A stretch of DNA of 64,000 nt from Eledone cirrhosa (taxonomy: Eukaryota), in contig OZ024743.1 of NCBI GenBank assembly GCA_964016885.1, positions 359,662,001 to 359,726,000 on the forward strand, given 5' to 3'. The position numbers and the translations under genes are program-made. This document shows, in pieces, positions 12,927-28,930 of this stretch. Below the pieces are notes generated by a model that saw only the letters and a program-made list of their open reading frames with translations, ran no database searches and was not told the DNA's origin. Numbering within the stretch: the stretch's first letter is position 1; every line of letters begins with the position of its first letter.

Positions 12927-14182
12927 ATAAACAACTAAATGTATTAAGTGTATTTAATTGATCAATAATTGTTTCCTAAGGCTAAATGAAAATATTCTAA
13001 TTAAACCAGCTCATCAGGATCTATAAATATTTAAATTAACATTGAAGAAATTACCTTGAATTGTACATCATAAACATCCATAGCATACGGTGTAAAATGG
13101 CATAATGACCTAGGGACGACCTAAGGCTAAGGGGAGATAATTACGCTTAGATTTTGATTAGGTTAGTAATCGAATAGGTTATGGTGACCTAAATAGAAAA
13201 GTATAAGAGTAAAACTAATGATAACATAAAGTAAAAAAGAAAACCAAGGATGAGATAAATTATAGGTTATTAGTGAAGAAGGGTGACAGTTTGGCAACGG
13301 GAATATTAGGAGAGATCAGTAAACCCTATTGAAAATACGCCCTTAGAATTGCATTCAAATCGGATCGAAAGTTGTGTCGTAGAACTATTAGAAAAGTTTA
13401 TGATTACCAGAAGGGATAACCTCATTCTTGGAGTTTATCAAGGCGATATTAGATGTGACAATTTCCAGTGCCTCAGGTTAGAAACGATCACAATATTTCC
13501 GTTTTACACGAATATGGTTTCCCAGAGTTAACTATATCCCATTTAAGGGTGTAGTTTATATTTTTCTTTTTAAATGCCACACAAGTTTAGCTAGAGCAAT
13601 AGTGCATTTTAGTTTCTTGTTCTTAAAAGAGTGGATGTGTGATCTTAAAGCAAATATGTAATTATAACTGTTCTTGTTAGTGGAAATCTCACTATTATAT
13701 ACGACATTGCTTTCTAGACAATGTCCCCTAAGGGGACAAGAGGCAGGAATCCTACAATTGCTGTCCCTTATTATGCGATGGCTATAATTAAGAGTACTAA
13801 ATTCGGTTATATTATCATTCATTAATCGATTAGTCTGCAGACATGATAAATTATTAGTTTCGCTAAATAGTTTATTAATGGTTGTTTCCCTATTAGTGGA
13901 TCCACTATTTGAAATACTGGGGGTGGAGGCTAATTTTGGTATCAAGTTTAACTAGAGTTGCTCGCTTAGGTTCGTATATTTGAATTTTTCTGTTATTATG
14001 GAGTACTAGAAAGTCTTCCACTTTAGGTGTGGTCGAGGTGTACAATTGAAGGTAATTTCCTTAACGTTAATTTAAATAATTATAGAACCTGATGAGCTGG
14101 TTTAATGAGAATGTTCTCATTTAGCCTGACGAAACATATATTGTTCAATTAAATGTACAATTAACAGCTTTAGTTGTTTATA
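12927..14182 (-). mobile_element. 5'-truncated Naiad-type PLE remnant with inverted pLTR arms
   Basis: ORF 13556-13945 SNCRIPASCPLRGHCLESNVVY..YI..HSFKN..ALAKLVW. 12927-13070 is inverted to 14035-14182, and both arms hold an HHR core. Confidence 0.8.
14085..14146 (+). ncRNA. Type I HHR in pLTR arm (inverse copy with core at 13011-13017)
   Basis: gaac CTGATGA(14089-95) long stem II (aatgagaa/ttctcatt) GAAA catata TT gttc. Confidence 0.6.
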
Positions 14183-14210
14183 TATCTATATCTATATCTA
14201 TATATCTATA

Positions 14211-14265
<55 letters not shown>

Positions 14266-14421
14266 TGTAAATAATACAACCAGTCAGTGAGTGGACAGTG
14301 AGTATTGGATCCATTCCAGGTGCTTTACATCATTCGTACCTGCTGACTATCAACTCGCATTGAGCTTAACAAACAGTACCGTTGCTGAGCGTACACCTGT
14401 TTTACCAACTTGTCTGAAATT

Positions 14422-14515
<94 letters not shown>

Positions 14516-14566
14516 CATCAATAAATCAATAAATTATACAATTATCAAAGTTGTGTTCAAATCATT

Positions 14567-14620
14567 TAATAGCTGACAATCGTTTCTTCCAAACTATCGT
14601 TTGGAATCATCAGAGCATTA
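14567..14620 (-). ncRNA. Canonical type I HHR
   Basis: Reverse complement: taatgct CTGATGA ttccaaac-gata-gtttggaa GAAA cgattg TC agctatta. Confidence 0.88.
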
Positions 14621-15257
14621 TCAATGTTTGCACATATAATTCACCTCCTATTCAACTGAACAATAATATAGATACATATAAATTGATGTTGTGAGCAACA
14701 GATTCGTATTTACAGGGTGGGACGGATGCGACATATATTTTACGAGAATTGTACCATAATTGTACAAGCATTCAAGTTCAAATTAAAATCAAAATTAAAT
14801 CAAAATCAAAATCAAAATCAAAAGCACGGGGTGGAATACATGCAACAGTTAAAACAAGGGAACAGTCCAAATATTAAAGAGGCATTGGGGAAGCAGTTTT
14901 GAGAAAGGAAGAGTGCGATAACAATTCTTATGCAGGCGGTGGATGTTGTGACTGCGTAGGTCATATACACGAGAAGGAGACAAGCAAAGCTATTATGCAT
15001 ATATAGAAGAATAAATACTGCAGTTAGAGCAATTGTGTTAATGTATTAGAGTCTATGGTGGGTGTTGGATGTTTATGGTGTTCGAAATCATGTATGTTGA
15101 GAAACATACAGTTTTTGCAGATTTTCCATGACATATGATTTAACTGCTCTGTAAAACAACTGGTGTTCATACAATGAGCTATTTCCCTTACTGGTAATAC
15201 GGTTATTAAGAAATTACTGACCTTCCTGTTTGTGGTTGTTTATAATATATATATAAC

Positions 15258-15351
<94 letters not shown>

Positions 15352-15402
15352 AAAAAAAATAATGAATAAAACAATGAAACAGTTCCTTATATTAAACAAA
15401 AA

Positions 15403-15559
15403 AAGTTCATTATTTAACGATCGTTTCTAGGACATATATGTGTTAGAATTGGTATGCATATTCAACAGATCTATGTACAAAATTATACAAAATTATACAA
15501 ATTATCAAATATAATATACATACCAACACATACATATGCCGTCTTCAGAAATAATGAAA
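15403..15559 (-). ncRNA. HHR with long stem II in the 3' pLTR
   Basis: Reverse complement of 20112-20264; core at 15542-15548. Confidence 0.7.
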
Positions 15560-16129
15560 TATATTTATTGATAATAACAACAATTCAAAATTACAGGTCT
15601 GTTTGGGAACAGAGTTCAAATTGACCAATGAAATACACAAAATATATCAATAAAATACAGTTAGGTGTGTGTATATATGTAAGTAACTTCGTTCACAGAT
15701 ATGCATAAAAATATATGTTAACATGCATACGCATGTCGAAAAAATGTATGTAAATACAACAAATTCAGGGCTAATGTCTCTGTATGTTTATAATCTACAG
15801 ATAAAATACACATACGCATATAAACATATATAGATTCATATATACACACATATATATACACACGCACATTCACACACACACGCGCATATACACATAAACA
15901 TACACATACCCATGAACATACACACACACACTCACACACACACATATATGTATATATTATTATTATAACTATATGGATATTTAGGCACACACATAAACAC
16001 TGCTACATATATTTTTACATCCAAATGCAGAAGTGGGTAAGGGGTTCAGTAATAACTAAGGATGTCAGGGAGCTGCCTATTTAAAAATGTATCTACAAAT
16101 TTAGAAATAAAAAGAAATATATAAAAAAA

Positions 16130-16211
16130 AAATATATATATATAAACAAGTAAAATATACTCATACATAAAATACATACCGATATACATATACATATAAA
16201 TACACATACAC

Positions 16212-16286
<75 letters not shown>

Positions 16287-16446
16287 CACATACACATATA
16301 CACGTACACATACTCATACATACATAAATATACATACACATACATATATAAATACATAGACACACATACAAACACACATATATATATAAATAGATACATA
16401 TATTCACAACTCACATACATATATACACATATATGTACACACACAT

Positions 16447-16495
<49 letters not shown>

Positions 16496-16789
16496 TACAT
16501 ACAGACACATATATATACACACATATATACACACACACATATATATATATATACATACACACACATATATACACATATATATATATACACACACACATAC
16601 ATATACGTATATATACACACACATACACATATCCATGTATGTATATACACATACAATCACACGCTCACACAACTCAGACAATTATGCACACATATATATA
16701 TATACACATACACAGATCCCTACAAATATATATACACATATACGCACGCACGCATACATATATACATACACACATACTTATACATAGAC

Positions 16790-16821
<32 letters not shown>

Positions 16822-16837
16822 GCATATATATACATAC

Positions 16838-16892
<55 letters not shown>

Positions 16893-17010
16893 CAATCATA
16901 GACACTTATTTACATGCGCACATATGTATTTTTATACTCACATATAAACACCCAAACATACATACCTACTTACATACACATACATTCATCCACGCTTACA
17001 AATATAAATA
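16130..17010. repeat. Compound (TA)n/(CA)n/(CATA)n region inside the PLE 3' UTR
   Basis: Direct reading. Confidence 0.85.
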
Positions 17011-17179
17011 ATTATAGGGGGGGGGGGAGGGATTAAAATTATTAGTGGGAAAAAGTAAATATAGGTTTCAAGGAACATAGAATATTAATCTGCATTTAGA
17101 TCATAATATATGTTTACATAGTAGTTTCAGTATTAGGAAATGTAAGAAAGAAGGCAAAATTATGCATTTTAATATAAGT

Positions 17180-18165
<986 letters not shown>

Positions 18166-19401
18166 AATTAATTCCTGTCGCTTATTTAATAGGATATCTT
18201 TAGATTTCATTATTTCAAATAGTTCTTGGGAACATAATCTACATTCATTTCTATTATTTTGATAAGGGGTGGCTCTTTTGAGCACACTCCAGGTCATATC
18301 ATATTCTATATTCTTATTTCTATAACTATTAATTTTTTCTGCTAGAGATGTTGTATTAGCCAGTGCGGCGTTTTTGAAACTATGTTTGTGGGTATTAAAC
18401 CTTACCTTAAAATTGTTAGAAGTAGCTCCTATATATGAGCAAATAGAGTCTTTAGTTTTAACCTTACATTTATAAACTATGTTGTTAACAAGACAATTTC
18501 CTTTTAATGGGCAGTTTGCTTTGTTTCTACAGTTACAACCTTTCGTTAATTCTGTATTTGAGGAGATATTATGGTTAGTTTGATGTATTGGTGGTATACT
18601 TATGGTTTTTTTACATTTATATGCATTATAGGCACTTATATTTTGTTTTATGTTTTGGGTTGTTGAGTATGAGAATTTAACTGTTGACCTATTTAAGATT
18701 TGATGATATTTGTGGTTTGGCGGGAAGTTTTTCTCTAGGATATAAAAAATCTTTTTAGCAATATTATCCTTAATTTGTAAATTAAATGGAGCATTATACC
18801 AAGTAACTCGTCTATTCCGGTTTCTATGTTGTTTATTATTTTTATAGGTTGTATCGTGATGTTTACTCGGAGGATTAATGTTAATGACATCACCACGCAC
18901 ATTTTTAGTTAGATTTATTGATTTAGGTGTTTTATCATGTTTATTAGGAGTTTTATTGTTAACATTTATTAGAGTTGTATGATGAGTAGTTTTTTGAGAG
19001 TTACTATAGTTTATATTAGAGGAGTTGTTGGTATTTTGGGGTATAGTGTGGGTGGCATTTAGGTGTGTACTTTTCATTTGGTGTTTGTTGGTAATATTAG
19101 GTTGTATGTTTATAGTATTTTTAGTAGAAGGTATATATTCTAATCTATTTTTGTGGCCACTTCTATCTAGAGCTTCGTTATAGAAGGTCGCATTTTTATC
19201 AAATACATCTTGGTTAGATGAAAGGTTAGAAATTCTAAGTGATATATTATATGCAAGGTTTTTAAGGATAGATTTAGGGTGATTAGATTGTGAGTGTATG
19301 TAGTGTAAGTTTTGGTTGGGTTTATGGTAAGGTTGGTAGATACCCGTAGCTAAGTCTAAAGTTATATCTAGGAAATTAACTAGTTTTACTTGTGTTTTCA
19401 A

Positions 19402-20032
19402 AAGTAATATGAAGACTATAATAGTCTTTAAGGAAAGTTCTAATAAGCTTTTTGTTTTTTTCTATTTCTGAGAGGCTAAGGTTGTTGGAAAGAAGAAGAC
19501 AGTCATCACGATATAAACCACCTTTAAGGTGGGGGAAAGGAAGCATTTATGTTGAAAAGAAGAAAGAGGCCCACAAGATCAGTAATTTGGGCAGAATCGC
19601 TTGAACCCATAGTATATCAAATAGATTACTATATGTGTTTCTGGTCCAATATTCATTCTGAAATTCAATAAGTGTTAGTCTAGCATGTGTAATAATATTA
19701 ATGTCATCCAAAGTTAAGTTAGATCTATTTTTAGCAAATATCAAAGCTTTGTTCAGGAGTATAGGTGAAATAGAAGAATAGTAATTATCAATATCAAATT
19801 GTAGAAATGAAGCAGAAGATTTACATCTAATATTTTTAAACCAGTTAATTACCTGGGAAGTGTTTTCCCAGAGTGGTAAATTAACACGTTTTCTTATTTG
19901 TGGGATGACTCTATCCAAAATTTTTTTGCTAATTATTCCAATATCAGATTTGGAGGGACATATAAGTCTTATAGAAGGATTTGCGTTAAAGTTTGATGTA
20001 TGATCCTTCAGGTTAAAGTGTGGTCTTTTCAA
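19402..20032 (-). pseudogene. PLE reverse transcriptase core, frameshifted and 5'-truncated
   Basis: LKDHTSNF..PSIRLICPSKSDIGIISKKILD; FLQFDIDNYYSSI; GGLYRDD at ~19502-19522 in another frame. Confidence 0.85.
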
Positions 20033-20111
20033 TGTATTTCATTGGTCAATTTGAACTCTGTTCCCAAACAGACCTGTAATTTTGAATTGTTGTTATTATC
20101 AATAAATATAT

Positions 20112-20264
20112 TTCATTATTTCTGAAGACGGCATATGTATGTGTTGGTATGTATATTATATTTGATAATTTGTATAATTTTGTATAATTTTGTACATAGA
20201 TCTGTTGAATATGCATACCAATTCTAACACATATATGTCCTAGAAACGATCGTTAAATAATGAA
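20112..20264 (+). ncRNA. Type I HHR with ~115-nt stem II insertion
   Basis: ttcattattt CTGAAGA(20122-28)...GAAA(20243-46) cgatcg TT aaataatgaa: perfect 10-bp stem I and palindromic stem III. Confidence 0.75.
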
Positions 20265-20459
20265 CTTTTTTTGTTTAATATAAAGAACTGTTTCATTGTT
20301 TTATTCATTATTTTTTTAACATTTTATCTCTGACTCTGTATTCCGTTTATCTTTCACCGAAAGTGATTTTTGAATGCATCTCTTCTTTCCATGATATCCG
20401 GATTATATTGAGTTCTTCATACGGATTGGACACTACCGTAAACTCTTGGTAGATTTATC

Positions 20460-20573
<114 letters not shown>

Positions 20574-20694
20574 ATTTAAAATGTTGATAAGTGATACACC
20601 AGTTGATATGTGTATGAGGAAAATAAGGAAAAAAGTAGAAAATGCTAATGGGATTTTCTCATAGCATAGAAGCAAAACATTTTTTAAAGGTAAT

Positions 20695-20743
20695 TTATCG
20701 TATCGGTTTCAGCCGATAATTGTTTCGGCTTCTTCATGATAAA
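20695..20743 (-). ncRNA. Degenerate HHR motif
   Basis: Reverse complement: ttatc ATGAAGA agccga..tcggct GAAA ccgata c gataa (C3 changed to A). Confidence 0.4.
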
Positions 20744-20819
20744 AAGTATATAATAAAATTAACGTGTATATTAATTAGAAGAGGGTATTAGAGAACATAG
20801 TTTATATATATATATATAT

Positions 20820-21545
20820 ATTAGAAAGTGAGTTTTTTTTTTACAAAATAATAAAAAAAAAACGAGGTGTCCTACACGAGTGAAAGTATAAGAAAAACGA
20901 TGAAATCGAAAATGTAACTGGAGTCTTTTAAACAAAAAAAATATATTTATTTGGTTCCGTTACCGGTTTCGCAGTTTGAGTGAAGCTTGGTTGGTTGATG
21001 CAGTCACGTGAATAAGCACATCAGCTTTCGCGCCAGTTTGTGTTTGAATTTCTTGTTACTTATAAAAGTGGCTCACGAAGGCTTTTTTTAAATAAATGTA
21101 ATTTGATTGGTTATAAATGAAATTATGACTGTCACATATCAAGTACATTAAAGCTGATGTGCTTGCTTATTCACGTGACTGCATCAACCACCAAACGTCA
21201 CTCATATATGAAAAAGCAATCTGAGCCCCCCCCCCCTTTTTAAGGCAAATATAATAAGAACTTTGTAACGGGAACTGGTGCGATATTTATTATACTTATT
21301 CACATGACAGTCACCAACCAACCAAATTACTTCTCTAAAAACCTAGCATTTCGAGCCACTTTTTTCCATATAAAACAGAAGTAACATTCGAACACCAACC
21401 AGATGTGAGAAAAACCACAAACCTTCCATTTCAATTCTACTTTTGAAAATCACAAGGTCTGAGAAACCGGTAAAGGAACCAAATAAATATATATTTAAAA
21501 AAAAAGACTCTAGTTGCATTTTCGATTTCATCTTTTTTCCTTATA
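20820..21545. mobile_element. Fold-back short element, family B (relative of 52824-53386), with U3-A8 HHR
   Basis: gatgaaatcgaaaatg..accggtttc (20898-20970) inverted at 21462-21535. TTGAAAA(21443-49)..GAAA ccgg TA aagg. Internal inverted pair 20990-21030/21150-21195. Confidence 0.75.
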
Positions 21546-22121
21546 TATACGCATTGTATTGGTTTCCAAAATTATTTAAATTTGTGTTTCCTATTCAACA
21601 ATGCTTCAAGCAAGCTACAAAACTCTGTTTTAACCCTTCTGTTGAGAACTCTATTCGATTTGTGATGTTTTTGCATTCTTGCAAAAATATACACAACTGA
21701 ATTTATTCGCCTGATATAGGGGCTGCCTCCCTTGCCGATCCCCACGTGGAGTCAGCAATAGTCAGTCCTTGTATTAACATTGAACTAAAACCTGTTGAGA
21801 AATGGCTTCCTTGTTCAATCATCTTACCAGAAGCCTGACATTATTTATGTAAGCGGACGGTACTTGATTTAGGAGCCGCAGAAACCCAAATACTGGATTT
21901 TACCAACCTTCCAGGGGTCCGGGTAAATTTTCAATAGCCGAATTACTTGATCGTTTTGTTTTGCTATGCGAATGATTGTTTAACCATCGTCTCAGTGTGT
22001 TTGGCCTTTAACGTTTGTTATAGCTCTGGTTCATCTGAACCATTGAGCACTTGCCTCACATCTCGGAGGTTGTTTTTCGTTATGTCGTGGGCCGAAATGC
22101 GAATCTCGATAATTTATGTTT

Positions 22122-22970
<849 letters not shown>

Positions 22971-24164
22971 ATATATATATATATATATACGCACATTTAT
23001 AAATGTCCAGCTCTGAAACTTATGTAATTCCTGTATTTGGTAAATGGCCTTTTGAATATATGAACACACACAAGCATATATATATATACATTCCATTCTT
23101 AATAGCTATAATGTTTAATTAAACTTCAATGTTTAGGGTCACGACTGAATTGTCTCCACAATATATATAACCAGAAATCAATGCCAACTTTTTAATGAGC
23201 TCCAGCGATAATATAAAATGAAACTAGTGTAGAAATATATATAAATCACAAATAACATTTATTATTTCTTTGTAATATTGTAAAACCGGATCTGTCTGCT
23301 GAATTTACTGACATGATATCCAATGAATAGATTAATATCCGTAAATATCCTGGGAACAGTAACTATTGTTGTTCGTTTCTGTTGTTAGAGTCTCCACGGC
23401 TTTCTTTTTATCTGGTTCTGGAGCGCTCTGGACAGAAAGCCTTAGAATGTGTAGCAGCTGGACTATATTCCCTGAATCACTAGTTGCATGGTTTTTCTGT
23501 TTTTCATCTCATTCAGTCACTCATTCACTGATGAGCAGAATTCTAGATAACGCTCGGTATTTATTTGCTGTTAGGGCTTGCATACCCATGATAAACATCA
23601 CCTGACCATATAATGTACCTGGCAACCTTTGCAGGATACCCACAGCATCTGTCGTGGCAAAAAAAACATGAGCGATGGCTCAGAGTCGTCAATAACATCT
23701 TTTATTGTGACTCTTGTGTTAAGCTATTACAAGTATGAATATCTGGGTAAATGTATAAGGCACCAGCTTAGCTTGCATCTTTTGAATACTATGCACATGA
23801 AATCCTATCCTCGATTTCGGCTAAGCCAATGAAGGATATATTGTTTCGCACATCACCCTAAACGACTGCCATTTGATCTTTTGCCAGTAACTTTTAAGAA
23901 GTTGGATTTAATTCTGTTTTCTTTCCATAAATAGGGTTCATTTTGGTTTGTATATTGATGGTACTTTCTGGTTGCATAACTATCTTGGTAACTACAAGTG
24001 AAAAATATTTATCCTTCACAATTTAAAGATTTCCGCCTCAAACAATTAAAAGATAACACAAGCCATATAATTCCTACGTCTCTGTTAGAAAATTGAGTTG
24101 AATTAGTATCTTAGACGTATTTTCAAATAGTCAGAAAATAACAGAACATATAAGCCCTAGTCTT

Positions 24165-24273
24165 TTTCCGTTTTAAAGGTTTATACGCTGTTTCCGTTTT
24201 AAAGGTTTATACGCTGTTTCCGTTTTAAAGGTTTATACGCTGTTTCCGTTTTAAAGGTTTATACGCTGTTTCC
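24165..24273. repeat. 26-bp perfect tandem repeat, 4 copies
   Basis: tttccgttttaaaggtttatacgctg at 24165, 24191, 24217 and 24243. Confidence 0.95.
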
Positions 24274-24404
24274 TGTAGTAAAAGAATAAAGCCAAGTTAT
24301 TAATTCAATTCAGTTTTCAGATATATATATATATTTTTTTCTTCAACTTTCGTCTGATATGAATGATGAACGTCTTATTCAGACAGACAAAATAATGATG
24401 ATGA

Positions 24405-24620
24405 TAATAATTGTTCCTACTTTAGATCAGCAATTTTTGGGGAGGGGAAATTCGTTTAAATCGACCTCAGTGCATGACTGGTTTTTTATTTTATCGACAC
24501 CGTAAGGATGAAAGGCAAAGTTAACCTCGGCAGGATTTGAACACAGAACGCAAGGGTCCATAACTCTATGCTGCAAAGCATGGTGTCTGACGCTCTGCCA
24601 TACAGCTAATCCATCGTCAT
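24405..24620 (-). mobile_element. tRNA-derived SINE
   Basis: Reverse complement of the 9945 family: ttatcgac..aaggatgaaaggcaaagttaacctcggcaggatttgaac. Confidence 0.75.
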
Positions 24621-24624
24621 CTAA

Positions 24625-27120
24625 TTTAGCTATAAGCTCTCCCTCCTATCTATTTTTCTAAAGCTACTTCTTTGCTAAAGCCTTTCGAAATTATTCTAAT
24701 CTCTATTTTGAGAGACCCTGCCCCCAACCACCTGTTGTTGACGACCCCTTCCCTGTTCACTTTGGGTTAACTAAATTGTTAACTCGGTCCCTACAAATCT
24801 TAGGTACCGGAAACGACATGTTCAGCATCCAGTAACCAGGTCTTAACCTGCGTGTCTTATCTAGGTCGACCATACAGTTCACAAACCTGTGATCTGAATA
24901 GGCGACCGTTTGTAAGTGTGAACAACCTATAAGATGCCATCTATTGACCTAAAAAAGAACCTATCTATATACGATCTAGATGATCCCATGCGGTTCGTTC
25001 AGTTCCACACTGGTGCATTAGGGACATCTAGACGGTACCTGTCAGACAGTTGGAACTGGCTGATCAGGTACGTGTGGCTTTTTCACCTTTTGCTCCTATC
25101 AGTTACAATCATAGCGTGCATCTAAATTGCCCTTCCAGTCCCCTGCCTACAGTAAAGGGCGAGACGTTCCCAGAAAGTCTTCCAAGCGTAAAGAAGTCTT
25201 GCCGTCCGGCCCCACTCGGGGCGTAGACGGCCACCAGTTTAAAGGCACCAACTTCGCTATTGTTCATGTCCAGAACCACCAACTTACCATCCGGATCCCT
25301 GAAATTCGACCTTACCTGGAGATCCATGCCTTTCTTGAATAGCACTGACCGCCCACCTCCCGTTCCCGGGTGACTAAGAGATGCGAAGATCTGATAGTCG
25401 TCGAAAATAGGGGCTAGTGCGCGCGTGTCTATATTTAGTGACCTGAGATCGTTCAGCAGGCGAACCTGCTTCCAGGACAACCTCTGGCCACGAACATGTA
25501 AACATCTTGTTTTTAGCATTGTCATATTGGCAGGCTAAAGAAGAAGAGGAAAGGCTTACTTACCTCTCGGGGGCTTGTGAAGGTCGGTTGTTAGACCTCC
25601 ATGGTTTATAGGCTTTCCTTTGGGAACAACTTTAAAAGTCTTGAAGTGGGTTTTATATCCGGGGTTACCACGTCTCGAAGAAAGCTCTTTCTAATCTCTT
25701 TGTATGCACCGATAACATATGTACCGCCGATACGTCCTGACGTATGTGAAATGTGCCGGTGCCTAATATTCCCTCCCCCCCCTTTTCCATGCCCTAGCCC
25801 TGTCCTATGAGGGCCATCAAATCCTTCTTAATAGCACGGAGGTGTGTGTTTTGTTTTTCTCTCGTGATTGTTGTAGTTGTTTGCGTTTGGAGGATTGTTG
25901 TTGTGGAGGTGGGTTTTTTTGTTGTGGGAGTGTTAGTTGTGAGTGTGGGGAATGTTTGCGGTTTTCTTTTTGTTTTTTTTTGTGTTTTCGTTTTTTGTTT
26001 TATTGGTTTCTTTAGTTGTTCCTCGACTTCGCTACTGGAAGACGAGGTGTCTGCATCTGTATGTGTGTTTTCGTCTATGTGTGTGTTTGTGTCAATGAGT
26101 GTATTTTCGGAGGAGGTGAAATGGGAGAATTTTCCTCGTTTTTCCCTTGGGTTGGTTTTGGTGGTAGTGCTAGTGGTTAGACCGGTGTTGCTGCAGGTGG
26201 TGGCGGTGCTGCGGGTGTCGTTGTTGATGGAGCTTTCCATCTAGGCTCTGGCGTTTGCAGCAACGGAAGCTTTTGGCCCCTTGCATTTTTGAGCCGAGGG
26301 CAGAAGTCTAGCATACGTGTTGCTTCACCACAGACTAAGCAGTGTGGCCGTCTACCCTCCGTGACCAATTTCATTGTGGATCCGTCCAGAAGGTGCATAT
26401 TGTCGGGGATTTTTTTGAGTTCTTCTGGTTTGATTTGAAGAAGAATCTCCAAATCCATCCCGGACAAGTCCTCTCTAGATGCTTTTCCAACGTCTATGAG
26501 TGTACTATCGGTACCCTCGTCGACGACGCACCCCATGTGGGACAGGTACATCACTATGTTGTCCGTTCTACAGGGGGCCAACAAGGCTTAATAGCAGGGG
26601 CCTTGGTTTTGAACAGTACCGAGAAGGCGCCGAACTCCCTTGCGTCGTAATCTATGTCATCTTTGATGCATTTCAATGCAGTTTCGACTTCAGTTTGGGT
26701 GGCGAGTCCCACTTTGAGGGTCTGCATTGAAATACATCTATATTGCAAAGTCCTCATTTACTATTGTCTCGTCCGGGATGGTTAGGTTGGCCCAGGATTT
26801 TTCACGCTTAATCAATTTTCACGCCAACCCCTGCTTAATGTCTGAAATGTTCACCTGAAAAAAGTTTTGAACTTTGCAGCCGCAGCATGGAACGAGCTGC
26901 TGTTCACCTTGTTGCTGGTGGTCATTTTTGGTCTCTCCGTTGTTGTTGGTGTTGTTCTTATCGTTGTTGTCGTTGTTTCTGTTGTTACTCTCATTCATTT
27001 TGTTGGTGCTGCTGTTTTGATTTTTGTTGTTGGCGATACTACCTAATGTGGTGTTGTTCCTAATTGTTGTGGGAGGGATGGTGTTATTCATCTCAACGTT
27101 TGAATCATAGTTACGTTACA
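24625..27120 (-). mobile_element. Tx1/L1-clade LINE remnant: ORF1 with zinc knuckle and APE endonuclease N-terminus
   Basis: EGRRPHCLVCGEATRMLDFCP; Thr/Lys-rich linker; MLKTRCLHVRG..GGGRSVLFK..DPDGKLVVLD..LVAVYAPS; SDH motif at ~24890. Confidence 0.75.
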
Positions 27121-27139
27121 GCTGGCTGAATGTTGGGAG

Positions 27140-28930
27140 CGTGATACGCCCATGTTTGACATTGTTTACAATGAAATCATGTAACAAATGTATAAAAGCA
27201 ATAATAATAAACAACAAAAATACAAACAACAAAATTCCTCAATAGGGAGGAGAACCACCCAGGAGTGACTCAGATACCCCACCAATCTTAATCCAACAAA
27301 CTCTTCGAGAGCACCCGGGAAAAGCACCGTTCTCGTCCTCAAATCAACCAGACAAAGGAAAACTACCTGTCATTTCAGGCCAAAAGAAGGAAGCAGGGTC
27401 TATCTTCACTCTGGACACGGTCGATAGCCGGATCTGTTCCAGACGCGACAACATCTGTTCGACATATGTCTACAAGTCAGTAATGTACGGAGTGGACGAC
27501 TGCGCACAGAAAGGGTCGAGAGTCAATACGTATAGAAATGAGGATAGAGGGCACACTTTACCGATCTATTGTGTGATCTGAAACGGCTTCAAAAGGCGAC
27601 CATTTAGTTTGACCACCGAGCAGATACCGCTGTGCATTATTACAATCCAGACTCTTAAGTTGGGGCCGAAAGCGGCTGCTCTGATGGCAACGTCAAGGTA
27701 TAGATGCTCGGCTCTATCGAAAGCTTTAGATTAATCCAAATTGATCAGAGACCCACTGAAGACAGCTTTACTCTCTAGAATCTCTGTGATATATCGCTTG
27801 AGGAGGAGAACGTCCTGTATGGACCTGGACAGTATTCCGCACGCCTGCACATCCTCTACTAAGCTTTTGACGACAATGCTAAACCTGGTGACATGCACCT
27901 TGGCCAACATCTTCAACTCAGTGTTTAGCAGAGTTATGGGCACAAGTTATCTAAAACGTGAATCTGTTCTCGTCTTTCCTCATAAACGTTATTACGCCCT
28001 GACTCATAGAACTGAAGATTCTCCGAGAAGATCGGAGGCCAAGTCTGGTATATTTACGTAAAATTCTTAGGGCAGACCATCCAAAGCGATTTGCAATTTG
28101 CGCCTCGTACAGTCGGCTAGGTCTTTCAGAATCTCGGCTGCAGTTATCGGCTTTTTGCATCTTTCCACATCAATCGCAGAGAGTTGCTGCAGGCCGTTCA
28201 TGTAGGAACAGAAGTCCACCACCATCTCCGATCCCACACTCTCCCTAATCAGTCGTGCAAAGTGCTGCCGGAATGCTGCACACGTCTGTCTGGACTCGAC
28301 CAGCACTCACTCCTCTCGATCCGTCAATGACCGAATTGTGGTTTCGTTGACACACTGCCTCTCTTCCACTCCTAACCGTCGAACAGCTTTCGTTTCCTCG
28401 TTTCTTAGAACACACGCCTTAACTCTGGCAATACAACATTCGTGCTTCTCTAGCACGCTTGATGTAATGCCACTTCTAATCGCCTCTTCTAATTTAGTTA
28501 GTAACTCTGCCTCCTCTCTATTTTTTTCTATCGTTTCGTCTTTTCTAAAGGCTATGGATTCTACTCTAATCTCTCTCTTAAGAGCACCCTACCACATGTT
28601 GTCAATTATTCTTCCTGTCAATGGTCGCTTAACTGAAGTGCTGACCCAGCGTCTGTTGGTTCTACGCGAATGAAAAGACATGTTAATATTCCAGTAGCAA
28701 CGACCCTGTCTACGTGTTCTATCTAGGTCAACCATGCAGATCACAAAATTATGATCTGAAGAGGATACCATTTGAAAATGTGAACAACCTATACTATCCT
28801 TATCTACTGATCTAAGAGAGAACATATCCATATACGACCTAGATGATCCTATGCGGCTGGTCCAGCCTACAGGCGCATGCTCAGAGTTGACCAAGTCACA
28901 CGGGCCATTCTCGCCACATTTACCCACCCT
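27140..28930 (-). mobile_element. Second Tx1/L1-clade remnant: endonuclease C-terminus, RT and 3' end, internally deleted
   Basis: SRSYMD..SSDH..YWNIN; PITAAEI..LDGLP; PITLLNTELKMLAKV..RSIQD..LINLD; QSKAFDR at ~27715. Confidence 0.75.

Noticed and set aside
24165-24273. 26-bp repeats as a CRISPR array
   Set aside because: The units are contiguous with no spacers, there are no cas genes, and the context is eukaryotic.
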